Positions 1 through 9,504 of a DNA stretch of 64,000 nucleotides are shown here, piece after piece. The position numbers were made by a program, and so were the translations under genes. The notes below the pieces were generated by a model that was given only the letters and a program-made list of their open reading frames with translations, did no database searches and had not been told where the DNA came from. The stretch comes from Gammaproteobacteria bacterium (GTDB taxonomy: Bacteria; Pseudomonadota; Gammaproteobacteria; JBCCGL01): assembly GCA_965277715.1 (NCBI GenBank), contig OZ255836.1, forward strand, positions 832,001-896,000. Direction: 5' to 3'. The stretch's first letter is position 1. The number at the start of each line of letters is the position of its first letter.

Positions 1-1
1 C

Positions 2-1057
2 ACCATCTTACCCAAAGGCTTTCGCCAATCGGTGGCGGAGGATTACTGGCATTTAAAAAACCATGTGCAGATTTGGGATGTCGGTTGTCAACGGCAGGTT
101 GAATTGCGCGGGCCGGATGCGGCCCGGTTAACCCAGCTAATGACACCGCGTGATTTGCGCAAGGCAGCGCCGGGGCACTGCCTGTACGCACCGATGGTCG
201 ACGAGCGGGGCCACTTATTAAATGACCCGATCATCCTGAAACTGGCCGATGACCACTTCTGGTTATCGATTGCCGATGCCGATGTACTGCTATGGGCAAA
301 AGGCCTGGCACTGGGTATGCAGCTCGACGTGGCCATCGAGGAGCCGGATGTCTGGCCACTGGCGGTACAGGGGCCAAAATCCGACGATCTCATGGCGCGT
401 GTATTCGGTGAAGCAGTGCGTGAAATACGCTTCTTTCGTTTCGCAACGCTGGCGTTTTCCGGTCACCCATTGATTGTCGCCCGCTCGGGTTACAGCAAAC
501 AGGGCGGCTTTGAAATCTACCTGGATAAACCCGCGCTGGGGTTGGACCTCTGGGATGCGCTCTGGCAGGCCGGGGCTGATTTGCACGTATTGCCCGGTAG
601 CCCCAATTTAATCGAACGCGTGGAGAGCGGGCTGCTTTCCTACGGCAATGAAATGACCCGCGATGACAACCCGCTGGAGTGTGGGCTGGAAGACTATTGC
701 TCACTCGATGGCGGTGTCGACTACATCGGGCGCAACGCCTTGCAGCGCATCGCTGCGCGGGGCGCGCAACGGTCGATTCGCGGCGTAGTATTTGATGGTG
801 AACCGTGCCCGGCGTGCCAGCACCCTTGGCCGTTAACCGTTAATGGCGATAAGGCGGGGTATATCACCACGGCCATCTGGTCGCCACGTTTTAACCATAA
901 TGTGGCGCTGGCGATGCTGGAAAAAGCCTATTGGGATGCGGGTACGCAGGTGATGGTTGAAAGCGGTGATGGTTTGTTAAGGCAGGGGATTGTTACCGCG
1001 CTGCCAATGGCGGATACCGATGTAGATTTATTTAACACTGCTATTCCCCGCCAGTAA
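2..1057 (+). CDS. dmdA: DMSP demethylase DmdA (GcvT-family aminomethyltransferase), 5'-truncated by window edge
   Basis: Frame open from the window edge (TILPKGFRQSVAEDYWHLKNHVQIWDV). Motifs RQVELRGPDA, LLNDP, PLAVQGP, ARSGYSKQGGFEIY and ERVESGLLSYGNEMT match the DmdA subfamily as I recall it. Confidence 0.8.
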   Translation, partial: TILPKGFRQSVAEDYWHLKNHVQIWDVGCQRQVELRGPDAARLTQLMTPRDLRKAAPGHCLYAPMVDERGHLLNDPIILKLADDHFWLSIADADVLLWAKGLALGMQLDVAIEEPDVWPLAVQGPKSDDLMARVFGEAVREIRFFRFATLAFSGHPLIVARSGYSKQGGFEIYLDKPALGLDLWDALWQAGADLHVLPGSPNLIERVESGLLSYGNEMTRDDNPLECGLEDYCSLDGGVDYIGRNALQRIAARGAQRSIRGVVFDGEPCPACQHPWPLTVNGDKAGYITTAIWSPRFNHNVALAMLEKAYWDAGTQVMVESGDGLLRQGIVTALPMADTDVDLFNTAIPRQ

Positions 1058-4000
1058 TGTCTCGATGCTATCCCAGGTTTCCAGTGGGTAGCGATCCATT
1101 TCCCCATGCTCATTTATCGCGTTAAACCCGAGAAATTGCCATGCGTCCTCGCTTAGAGCCAGTAATTTTCCCGCATGTCCTTCACGCGTAAAGTATTGCC
1201 CATCCGGTAAATACTCAATGGTGTAAATACATTCACCGGACTCGGCGTTCCATATTTTGATGGTTTGGTCATCGGAAGCGGAGGCGATGCGTTTGCTGTT
1301 GTGGTCGAAGGCGACGCTGTTAATTGTGTTGTTATGCCCTTTTAAGGTGTGAATACATTGTGCGGATACGGCGTTCCATATTTTGATGGTTTGGTCATCG
1401 GAAGCGGAGGCGATGCGTTTGCTGTTGTGGTCGAAGGCGACGCTGTTAATTGTGTTGTTATGCCCTTTTAAGGTGAGAATACATTGTCCGGATACGGCGT
1501 TCCATATTTTGATGGTTTGGTCATCGGAAGCGGAGGCGATGCGTTTGCTGTTGTGGTCGAAGGCGACGCTTTGAACCCAATTATCATGCCCTTTTAAGGT
1601 GTGAATACATTGTGCGGATACGGCGTTCCATATTTTGATGGTTTGGTCATTGGAAGCGGAGGCGATGCGTTTGCTGTTGTGGTCGAAGGCGACGCTGAGA
1701 GCTAGGCCTTCATGCCCTTTTAAGGTGAGAATACATTGTCCGGATACGGCGTTCCATATTTTGATGGTTTGGTCAAAGGAAGCGGAGACGATGCGTTTGC
1801 TGTTGTGGTCGAAGGCGACGCTGTTAATTGTGTTGTTATGCCCTTTTAAGGTGAGAATACATTGTGCGGATACGGCGTTCCATATTTTGATGGTTTGGTC
1901 ATTGGAAGCGGAGGCGATGCGTTTGCTGTTGTGGTCGAAGGCGACACTTTGAACCCAATCATCATGCCCTTTTAAGGTGTGAATACATTGTCCGGATACG
2001 GCGTTCCATATTTTGATGGTTTTGTCATATGAAGCGGAGGCGATGCGTTTGCTGTTGTGGTCGAAGGCGACGCTGTTAATTGTGTTGTTATGCCCTTTCA
2101 AGGTGAGAATACATTGTCCGGATACGGCGTTCCATATTTTGATGGTTTTGTCATCGGAAGCGGAGGCGATGCGTTTGTTGTTGTGGTCGAAGGCGACGCT
2201 GAGAACAGTATCTGAATGCCCTTTTAAGGTGTGAATACATTGTCCGGACTCGGCGTTCCATATTTTGATGGTTTTGTCATATGAAGCGGAGGCGATGCGT
2301 TTGCTGTTGTGGTCGAAGGCGACGCTTTGAACCCAATGATCATGCCCTTTTAAGGTGAGAATACATTGTGCGGATACGGCGTTCCATATCTTGATGGTTT
2401 TGTCATATGAAGCGGAGGCGATGCGTTTGTTGTTGTGGTCGAAGGCGACGCTGAGAACAGTATCTGAATGCCCTTTTAAGGTGAGAATACATTGTCCGGA
2501 CTCGGCGTTCCATATTTTGATGGTTTTGTCATATGAAGCGGAGGCAATGCGTTTGCTGTTGTGGTCGAAGGCGACGCTGTTAATTGTATTGTTATGCCCT
2601 TTTAAGGTGTGAATACATTGTCCGGATACGGCGTTCCATATTTTGATGGTTTTGTCAAAGGAAGCGGAGGCGATGCGTTTGCTGTTGTGGTTGAAGGCGA
2701 CGCTGAGAACTAGGCCTTCATGCCCTTTTAAGGTGAGAATACATTGTGCGGATACGGCGTTCCATATTTTGATGGTTTGGTCAAAGGAAGCGGAGGCGAT
2801 GCGTTTGCTGTTGTGGTCGAAGGCAACGCTTTTAACCCAATCATCATGCCCTTTTAAGGTATGAATACATTGTCCGGATTGTGCATCCCAGAGTTTGAGG
2901 GTGTTGTCGTGTGAAGCGGAGGCGATCAGCAGGCCATCATGTGAAAAAGCGGCGGCGCTAACTGCATCGCGGTGTCCGACAAACGGGGTGGCAGGGCGAG
3001 CGGGCGGGCGGGCGATTTTTTTCGCCAGCGGATGCTGGCAACCGGCATTAAACGGTGGGTGCCCGCTTATCGCCGACGGCCATACCACGTCATTGAGCTG
3101 GCAGTGCAGCCACTGGCTACGGTGTTGCTGTGGCGTAGCCAGCCGCGCAGCAGAAAAATCGTTGTGGTAGAACACCGCCCCGCTCAAATCGGCCTGGCTG
3201 AAGTCGGCGGATTGCAGCGCGCTGTCGCGCCATAATACCCGTTGCAGATTGGCCTGTTGAAAGTGGACGTGGTTGAGCTGTACCTGGGTAAAGCGGCTGT
3301 CGCTAAGGTCGGCCCTGTCGAACGCCGCACCGCTGAGGTCCACATCGTTCAATACCAGGCCAGCCAATTGTGCACCGTGGAGCTGAAAACCTTGCAGGCC
3401 GGGCTGGGGTTGCTGGCGCGGCGCGGCGTATAAGCTGTAGTGAAATAGCGCTTCGCTGGCCTGACGAAGGTAGTGCTGCTTCCAGCCTGCCAATATGGCC
3501 AATAAATTGTCGGCGCCACTGTGCAGTTGCAGCAGTTCGCCGAGAAATTGCAGGGTTTCATTGGAGGGGGGGGCGAGACACCAACCCTCTTGCCGATTCT
3601 CGTCTATTGCCCGCAACAGATAACAGGCCAGAAAGTACTCCTGGATTGAGGTGTGGGCAAAGCGAAACTGATCGCTATTGGCACGCACCAACAGGGTGGA
3701 GTTGCGCAAATCGTTTTCCAGTAATTCCTGTATGCCGGTTTTGGCCCCAGCCCGGATTTTGGGGTGGGCGTATAGCCACTCCTCCAGCCAGGCTTCCAGG
3801 GTCTCGACCGGGCAGGCGCGCAGCCCTTCGCGCCAGAAGTGCGCCGCCAGGTCTTCCAGCAGGTATTGCTTGTGCCGGGGCAGTAACTGGTGCTTGCCGT
3901 CATCGCGGCGGAACAGGCGCTCGACCATAATGCGGTACAGCCGGGCGGCGTTGATGGTCTCGCCGCGTTGGTAGGCTAACTCCAGGCTGGGAATATCGTT

Positions 4001-5896
4001 GGCGATAAGGTTTAGGGTGAGCGGGCGCGTCGCCAGGCCACTGAGGTCGTGAATCTTCGCCAGCAATGCCTCGATTTCGAGCGCCTTCTCTGCGCCAAAA
4101 CGCTTGCCCAGGTACTCGCGAATCTGCTCGGTTTCCAGCGGCAACAACTGCCAGCCCTGGTAGTCTTCACCGCTGCGCGCCTCGCGCAAATAGCCCTGCA
4201 AAAACGCGTTTTGCTCGCTTTGGTTGCGAAAGAAATCACTGCGACAACTTATCACCAGACGGCAGCGGGTGTTATCGAGTAGTGCATTCACCTCGGCGGG
4301 CAGCGGTGGCTGACCCGGTCTGTCCTTGGCTTGTTGCCGCCATTGGTTGCGCTGGCTGAGCGCCTCGCGGTAGTCCGGCGGGAACACCCGCCAAAGCTCG
4401 CGTAAAAAGTGCGCTTGCGCATCGCGGTCGAGGTGGGTGAGCTTTTCGTCGAGACCGTCGAAGATCACCAACGCCTCGCCGTTGCGGGCCATATCGACCA
4501 AGTGCTGCCCGTCGATATCCCGCTCTTCTGCCAGGCGGAGAATCTCCGCCAGTATCTGCTCCAGCGTCGGCAGGCGGTGGTCGGCGAATACCGGCGTCAG
4601 GCGCAGGTCGATATACACCGGCAGCGGGTAGATATGCGGTTGCTGCTGGTGTTTCTCTTCGAGCTGCCAGGCGAGCATTTTACACGTGAAGGTTTTACCA
4701 CTGCCAAATTCGCCGAGAATACCGAATAGCGGTGCGACAGGTTTGGTGTCTTTTACCCAGGATAGAACAGTATCCAGAATCCGGCTTGGCGCTTCACTGG
4801 CGTTCGACACCGTTTCACCGACATTGCGCATATCGGTTTCCTGGGCGGATATATCGACATAGGCATCGTATGGGTAGCTTGCGTCCTGGTAGGGTAGGTC
4901 GATAAGTTTTGCTGCACGGTAGGCACTTGGGGTGCGCTCACGTGGGGCTTGGTTATTCCGCCGTGTCATCCGCTGGTCAATCGATTCGACCAAGCCACGA
5001 ATAAAGCGCTTTTGCAGCACCATGGTAATGCACTCTTTGAAGAACGTTGGCTTAACGATGTCTGACAGGGTGTAAAGCTGGCGTTGCTCTAAGCCACAGA
5101 TAGTGAAAAGCGCCTCTATCTCGACGCTTTCCAACCCCACGGGTAATACGCCTTTTTCCAATAGCGGTGGCACTTCGTGGTCTTTTATATAACCGCTGTT
5201 TAAAAAACCGGGTGATACCATCAGCAAACCTGCATCGGCTTGGGCAATGGCTTGTTGAATCGTCTGATGCCAGTTCTCGCCGATCAGAATGTCGCTATCC
5301 CGCCAGAATGTGTAAGTCTTATTCGGGCATTTTTGCTTGGCGATACGGGCAAACTCCGCGATAAAGTTTTCCACATCCTGGGCATTTTTTCGGCTGTAAC
5401 AGACAAAAAGTGTGTGCTCGATTTTGGTTGTAGATTCGGGTTTGTTTACGGGTTCAGGAATGGCGGAGAGGTCGACGTAAGTTTGCTGCGGATATTGTTC
5501 GTTACTGGGGTTGAGCCGCCGGGTTAGACCGCTTTGCTGGCTGATTGTGACCGGCGTGCCCTGCCACCACAAACGGCGTTGTGCCAGAGCGGTTTGTTTG
5601 CGGCTATCGCCTTGCAACTCCAGGCGGTTCATGCCAGACAACTCAGCCGCCTGCTTAATGCGCCCGCGAAACTTGCGCAGCTCCGCCTGCGCCTTATCGT
5701 CTTCCAGATGATCAAACAGCGCCGCCAGCACCTGGGCCATATTCAACTTACCATCGTCCAATAACAACGTCTGGATCGACTCCAGGCGCTGCATATCGCT
5801 GGAACCCAGCTCGTTTTTGTCCAGTAATTGGCTGATTGCACCTGTAGCCTGGCGCTTGTTCAATACGGGAATCGGTTTTTTTGCCTTGCGTTTCAT
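1028..5896 (-). CDS. NLR-like STAND protein: N-terminal wHTH-like region, TIR domain, NACHT NTPase, pentapeptide repeats, 14 WD40 repeats
   Basis: TIR_2 motifs LFVCYSRK, FWRDSDILIGENW and LLMVSPGFLNSGYIKDHEVP. Walker A GEFGSGKT, Walker B LVIFDGLDE, FRFAHTSIQEYF. A(D/N)L pentapeptides. 14 GH...W(N/D) repeats of 42 aa. Confidence 0.92.
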   Translation of the reverse strand: MKRKAKKPIPVLNKRQATGAISQLLDKNELGSSDMQRLESIQTLLLDDGKLNMAQVLAALFDHLEDDKAQAELRKFRGRIKQAAELSGMNRLELQGDSRKQTALAQRRLWWQGTPVTISQQSGLTRRLNPSNEQYPQQTYVDLSAIPEPVNKPESTTKIEHTLFVCYSRKNAQDVENFIAEFARIAKQKCPNKTYTFWRDSDILIGENWHQTIQQAIAQADAGLLMVSPGFLNSGYIKDHEVPPLLEKGVLPVGLESVEIEALFTICGLEQRQLYTLSDIVKPTFFKECITMVLQKRFIRGLVESIDQRMTRRNNQAPRERTPSAYRAAKLIDLPYQDASYPYDAYVDISAQETDMRNVGETVSNASEAPSRILDTVLSWVKDTKPVAPLFGILGEFGSGKTFTCKMLAWQLEEKHQQQPHIYPLPVYIDLRLTPVFADHRLPTLEQILAEILRLAEERDIDGQHLVDMARNGEALVIFDGLDEKLTHLDRDAQAHFLRELWRVFPPDYREALSQRNQWRQQAKDRPGQPPLPAEVNALLDNTRCRLVISCRSDFFRNQSEQNAFLQGYLREARSGEDYQGWQLLPLETEQIREYLGKRFGAEKALEIEALLAKIHDLSGLATRPLTLNLIANDIPSLELAYQRGETINAARLYRIMVERLFRRDDGKHQLLPRHKQYLLEDLAAHFWREGLRACPVETLEAWLEEWLYAHPKIRAGAKTGIQELLENDLRNSTLLVRANSDQFRFAHTSIQEYFLACYLLRAIDENRQEGWCLAPPSNETLQFLGELLQLHSGADNLLAILAGWKQHYLRQASEALFHYSLYAAPRQQPQPGLQGFQLHGAQLAGLVLNDVDLSGAAFDRADLSDSRFTQVQLNHVHFQQANLQRVLWRDSALQSADFSQADLSGAVFYHNDFSAARLATPQQHRSQWLHCQLNDVVWPSAISGHPPFNAGCQHPLAKKIARPPARPATPFVGHRDAVSAAAFSHDGLLIASASHDNTLKLWDAQSGQCIHTLKGHDDWVKSVAFDHNSKRIASASFDQTIKIWNAVSAQCILTLKGHEGLVLSVAFNHNSKRIASASFDKTIKIWNAVSGQCIHTLKGHNNTINSVAFDHNSKRIASASYDKTIKIWNAESGQCILTLKGHSDTVLSVAFDHNNKRIASASYDKTIKIWNAVSAQCILTLKGHDHWVQSVAFDHNSKRIASASYDKTIKIWNAESGQCIHTLKGHSDTVLSVAFDHNNKRIASASDDKTIKIWNAVSGQCILTLKGHNNTINSVAFDHNSKRIASASYDKTIKIWNAVSGQCIHTLKGHDDWVQSVAFDHNSKRIASASNDQTIKIWNAVSAQCILTLKGHNNTINSVAFDHNSKRIVSASFDQTIKIWNAVSGQCILTLKGHEGLALSVAFDHNSKRIASASNDQTIKIWNAVSAQCIHTLKGHDNWVQSVAFDHNSKRIASASDDQTIKIWNAVSGQCILTLKGHNNTINSVAFDHNSKRIASASDDQTIKIWNAVSAQCIHTLKGHNNTINSVAFDHNSKRIASASDDQTIKIWNAESGECIYTIEYLPDGQYFTREGHAGKLLALSEDAWQFLGFNAINEHGEMDRYPLETWDSIETLLAGNSSVK
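1222..2985 (-). repeat. Intragenic tandem array of 126-bp WD40 units (13 near-identical plus 1 diverged)
   Basis: The motif ATGCCCTTTTAAGGT recurs at 126-bp spacing from about 1334 to about 2847. Protein consensus LKGHxxxxxSVAFDHNSKRIASASxDxTIKIWNAxSxQCIxT. Confidence 0.97.
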
Positions 5897-6095
5897 CGGT
5901 TTGCTCCAGATGCCTGGCGACAGTGTAGATAACGGTGAGAGCTATATCAAGGACTATTTAGGACGATTTTAGACTATTGTGTTTATTTGCAGCACTGTCC
6001 GCAGTCATTATCCAGACATCATCCATTAAGTGGTAATAGGAGGGTTGCAATTTCTAAGCCTGTGCCCTTATCAAAGGAACTGATAGTATTCATCT

Positions 6096-6968
6096 ATGAA
6101 AGTTTCACTTGATCATTTATCTGAACAGAAACAGCGCGAGCTGAAATGGGCCACGGATATTGTCCGCGAAGAAGCCAACCCCGAAATGCTCATTTTGTTT
6201 GGCAGCTACGCTCGCGGTGACTGGGTGGAGGACTTAAACCCGGAAACGCTGCATTACCGTTATCAAAGCGATTTTGATTTGTTGGTGGTTACAGAAACCC
6301 GCAAAGAAGCCGGTAAAATTGAGCAAAACAACGCGCTTAACCAGCGTTTAATGAAAGCGATACACAGAACCCCAATCAGCCTGATTGCTGAGGACATCCA
6401 ATTTGTTAACCGGCGTTTAAGAAAGAGCCAGTATTTTTACATTGACATCAAACGTGAAGGTATAACCCTTTATGATTCAGGGCGGTTTGAATTAGCCGAA
6501 CCAAAGGAACTTAATGTAGAAGAAAGAAGGCGACTAGCGGAAGAAGATTTTGACTATTGGTTTGGCAAAGCATCAAGGCTTTTAAATTTCTATGATTTTG
6601 GTATTAGTGAAAAAGCTTATAATGAGGCAGCATTTCAGCTTCATCAAGTAACTGAAAGCTTATATGGAACAATATTGTTGGTTTTTACTCGCTATAAACC
6701 CAGCACCCATGATTTAGCAAAATTGAGCCAACGAGTCACCAGCATTAAACCACAGTTTCTTAGCGTATTTCCGCAGGGGACTGAAGAAGAAAAAAACCAC
6801 TTTGAGTTACTGCGTAAAGCTTATGTCGATGCACGTTACAAGCCGAGCTACAAAATCACTCGGCAAGAATTGGAATGGTTGGCAGGACGGGTGCAACAAC
6901 TAAAATCTTTAACGGAAATGCTTTGCAAGGAAAAAATTGAAAGTTTTAGGGAGTGCTCAAACAAATAA
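6096..6968 (+). CDS. Minimal nucleotidyltransferase (MNT) fused to HEPN domain
   Basis: LFGSYARGD...SDFDLLVV nucleotidyltransferase signature. C-terminal AAFQLHQ, KPSTHDL and AYVDARY are typical of HEPN domains fused to MNT. Confidence 0.88.
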   Translation: MKVSLDHLSEQKQRELKWATDIVREEANPEMLILFGSYARGDWVEDLNPETLHYRYQSDFDLLVVTETRKEAGKIEQNNALNQRLMKAIHRTPISLIAEDIQFVNRRLRKSQYFYIDIKREGITLYDSGRFELAEPKELNVEERRRLAEEDFDYWFGKASRLLNFYDFGISEKAYNEAAFQLHQVTESLYGTILLVFTRYKPSTHDLAKLSQRVTSIKPQFLSVFPQGTEEEKNHFELLRKAYVDARYKPSYKITRQELEWLAGRVQQLKSLTEMLCKEKIESFRECSNK

Positions 6969-7128
6969 ACATAGCAAATACCCAAACAATCAGTTTCTGG
7001 AAGATGTCACTGTGGCGCATTAGAATATGACGTTATTGCCACTGCAATAGTTGCAGGCTTAGCGCTAAATATCGAACGGTCAGTCGATGTTTTTAGATTA
7101 AAATTAAAACAGTTTTTTGGAATTAAAA

Positions 7129-9396
7129 ATGTCTGATAACTTATTGAATAACATTACAAAAAATTTGCAAGAAAGCACCGATAATGACACTTTTTGCACG
7201 CGCTTCTCTTTTCCTGCAACCGACTTTCCAGTCGAGATAAAACACCTTGGGGAAATAAACTTCCCCGTTTCGACCCGAATAGCCAAAGAGATAATTGATC
7301 AAGCTCAGCTAGCACCCTTCGGCTGGCGGGATCAAACCATAGTAGACACAAGAGTGCGCAATGCCTGGGAAATAAAAAAATCAAAAATCAAGCTACCTGG
7401 TACAAGCATGGAGCAGATTCCTGAAATGCTAGAACGCATAAAGAAAAACCTAAATATGGCCGCTGACGCCACCTTGGTGCCTGAGCTTCACAACTTGGTT
7501 ATCTACGAAAAAGGCCAGTTTTTTTCCAGCCACCAAGACACAGAGAAATGCAAAGATATGATCGCCACCATGGTGATTTTGCTACCATCAAACTTCAAGG
7601 GAGGCACTTTGACAATCGATCGACAAGGTGATGTGAAAAAATACACCGCACCCAGAACCACTAACCACCTTCAAGTCATCGCCTTTTACACGGATTGTGT
7701 TCACGAAGTAAAAAAAATCACCTCGGGCTACCGCATAGCCCTCACTTTCAACTTGCTGCTAAAGGGCGCTGGCACCCTCCAGCCTTTGCAAAACCCAGCG
7801 CTAACAGAGTCGATAAAAGCATACTTCTCGGAAGACGAGAGGCAAGCGCTAAACTGCGCGCAATCAAATCACCCAACCTGGTTAGTTTATCTACTGGATC
7901 ACCAATACTCCCAATATGGCCTAAGTTGGGGACACCTGAAAAGTGCGGATCGCACACACGCCTCACAACTGCTTGCCGCTGCGGAAGCACTCGACCTCGA
8001 AGCGCATTTATCTTTGGCGGATGTTCACGAGGTCTGGCAAACAGAATCGGACTATTCCAATAGTGGGTACTACGGTTACAGGGGGGGCGACGACGATGGA
8101 GAAGATGAAGATATATCGGGCGATGATGTGGAGTGCATCGAGTTTATCGAGGGTGATTGCGAACTCCGACGTTGGGTGAATTCAAACGGTAAGAAACGGG
8201 CTTGGAAGGGGCATTACGTGCCAGATGAAATGGTAGGCTGGACGAAGGCGATGGATAACTTCGAGCCTTTCGATTCCGCGTATGAAGGCTTTATGGGAAA
8301 TTATGGCGACACGATGGAAAAGTGGTATCACCGCGCCGCTATTACACTTTGGCGAAAAACCGACGCATTCCCCAGCCTATTTGCTATCGACGCGAATGGC
8401 ACTCAGAAAAAAGTGCAAAAAATGCTCGATACCAACTTTGAACAAGGTGTGGCGGCTCTAAAGACGCTTTTACCTCAATGGGAACGCAAGGTAGGCTCCG
8501 ATGGTGTACAAATATCTGAGACGCTAAAACTCTGTCTTTTGGTAAAAGATAAAGCGTTAGCGACCCAATTGCTCGAAGGCTATGGAATGGAGGCCGTATG
8601 CAGGAAGCACGGCGTCGGACTAAGAAACCTGGCCCGAAGTTATGGACAGAAATGGTTGGTGGAGCTCCTCGATATTTGGAGCAAATCAGATCGTGACTAC
8701 TTTGATCCGATTGCTGGTCTCGCCTTTCTGATAAACATTTTTCGCGATGATTCAGAGGTGGCGGCATGGCTTTGTGCTTATCAGTTTAAATGGTTCGAGG
8801 TCTCAGACAGTGTGGCTCAAGAACATGATAGCCAGGTGTCGATAGTGAAAACCCGCAATAAACGCGTCTCCCATGCCGTCGATTTTCTGAAATCCTTAGC
8901 CGCCCTTGGGGAAAACAGTATTATGGCGAAATCGACCCGGCACTTCCTCGGTTATCCCAGACTATATGATGCTGTCACCTTGGCAGACATGGTGCTCGGC
9001 TTACAAGACGAAAATTTATCGCCTAACATCCAGAAATTAACCGCAGAAGCGAGGAAGCGGCTCAAGGCGTCGACAGCTAAAACCAGGAAGGAAGGTGACT
9101 ACTCGATTTTGGAAATCGATACCTGTAAATGTAAAGATTGTGTTGTGCTTCACGGCTTCCTCAAAAGCAAAAAAGAAACGCAATATGTTTGGCCTCTGGC
9201 ACAAGGCAGGCGATACCATATACACCGAGTCATAGATGATATGGGCATCGGTGTTTCCCATCAAACCCAGCGGGAGGGCTGCCCGTATAAGCTCGTTCTG
9301 AAGAAGCTCGATAAGTATTTCAAAAATGAAGCGCGTGTAAAGACCATGCAGTCTGAAAAGCTTGCAAAAATTGAAGCAATTTATAGATTAAGATGA
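7129..9396 (+). CDS. Large 2OG-Fe(II) oxygenase superfamily protein
   Basis: HQD...HEV...R iron/2OG motif (YEKGQFFSSHQDTEK, CVHEVKKITSGYRIALTFNL), an acidic tract and a C-terminal CKCKDC...H cluster. ATG at 7129 chosen over TTG at 7117. Confidence 0.8.
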   Translation: MSDNLLNNITKNLQESTDNDTFCTRFSFPATDFPVEIKHLGEINFPVSTRIAKEIIDQAQLAPFGWRDQTIVDTRVRNAWEIKKSKIKLPGTSMEQIPEMLERIKKNLNMAADATLVPELHNLVIYEKGQFFSSHQDTEKCKDMIATMVILLPSNFKGGTLTIDRQGDVKKYTAPRTTNHLQVIAFYTDCVHEVKKITSGYRIALTFNLLLKGAGTLQPLQNPALTESIKAYFSEDERQALNCAQSNHPTWLVYLLDHQYSQYGLSWGHLKSADRTHASQLLAAAEALDLEAHLSLADVHEVWQTESDYSNSGYYGYRGGDDDGEDEDISGDDVECIEFIEGDCELRRWVNSNGKKRAWKGHYVPDEMVGWTKAMDNFEPFDSAYEGFMGNYGDTMEKWYHRAAITLWRKTDAFPSLFAIDANGTQKKVQKMLDTNFEQGVAALKTLLPQWERKVGSDGVQISETLKLCLLVKDKALATQLLEGYGMEAVCRKHGVGLRNLARSYGQKWLVELLDIWSKSDRDYFDPIAGLAFLINIFRDDSEVAAWLCAYQFKWFEVSDSVAQEHDSQVSIVKTRNKRVSHAVDFLKSLAALGENSIMAKSTRHFLGYPRLYDAVTLADMVLGLQDENLSPNIQKLTAEARKRLKASTAKTRKEGDYSILEIDTCKCKDCVVLHGFLKSKKETQYVWPLAQGRRYHIHRVIDDMGIGVSHQTQREGCPYKLVLKKLDKYFKNEARVKTMQSEKLAKIEAIYRLR

Positions 9397-9504
9397 ACCG
9401 TGTAGGTCTTTTCTAAATGGCGGGCACGCGACACCAAGCCAGCGGGAACACTTGAAAACCGCCAAAACTCCGTTACAACAAAAGCGAGAGCGTGATAAAC
9501 TCCC

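Noticed and set aside
1222-2870. Regular repeats with short variable parts, superficially like a CRISPR array or DGR template/variable repeats
   Set aside because: The period is 126 bp and in frame within a WD40 ORF. The variable parts recur rather than being unique spacers. No cas or reverse-transcriptase gene is present in the window.
1383-3170. Series of similar short + strand ORFs (MMVWSSEAEAMRLLLWSK...)
   Set aside because: Antisense shadows of the WD40 repeats.
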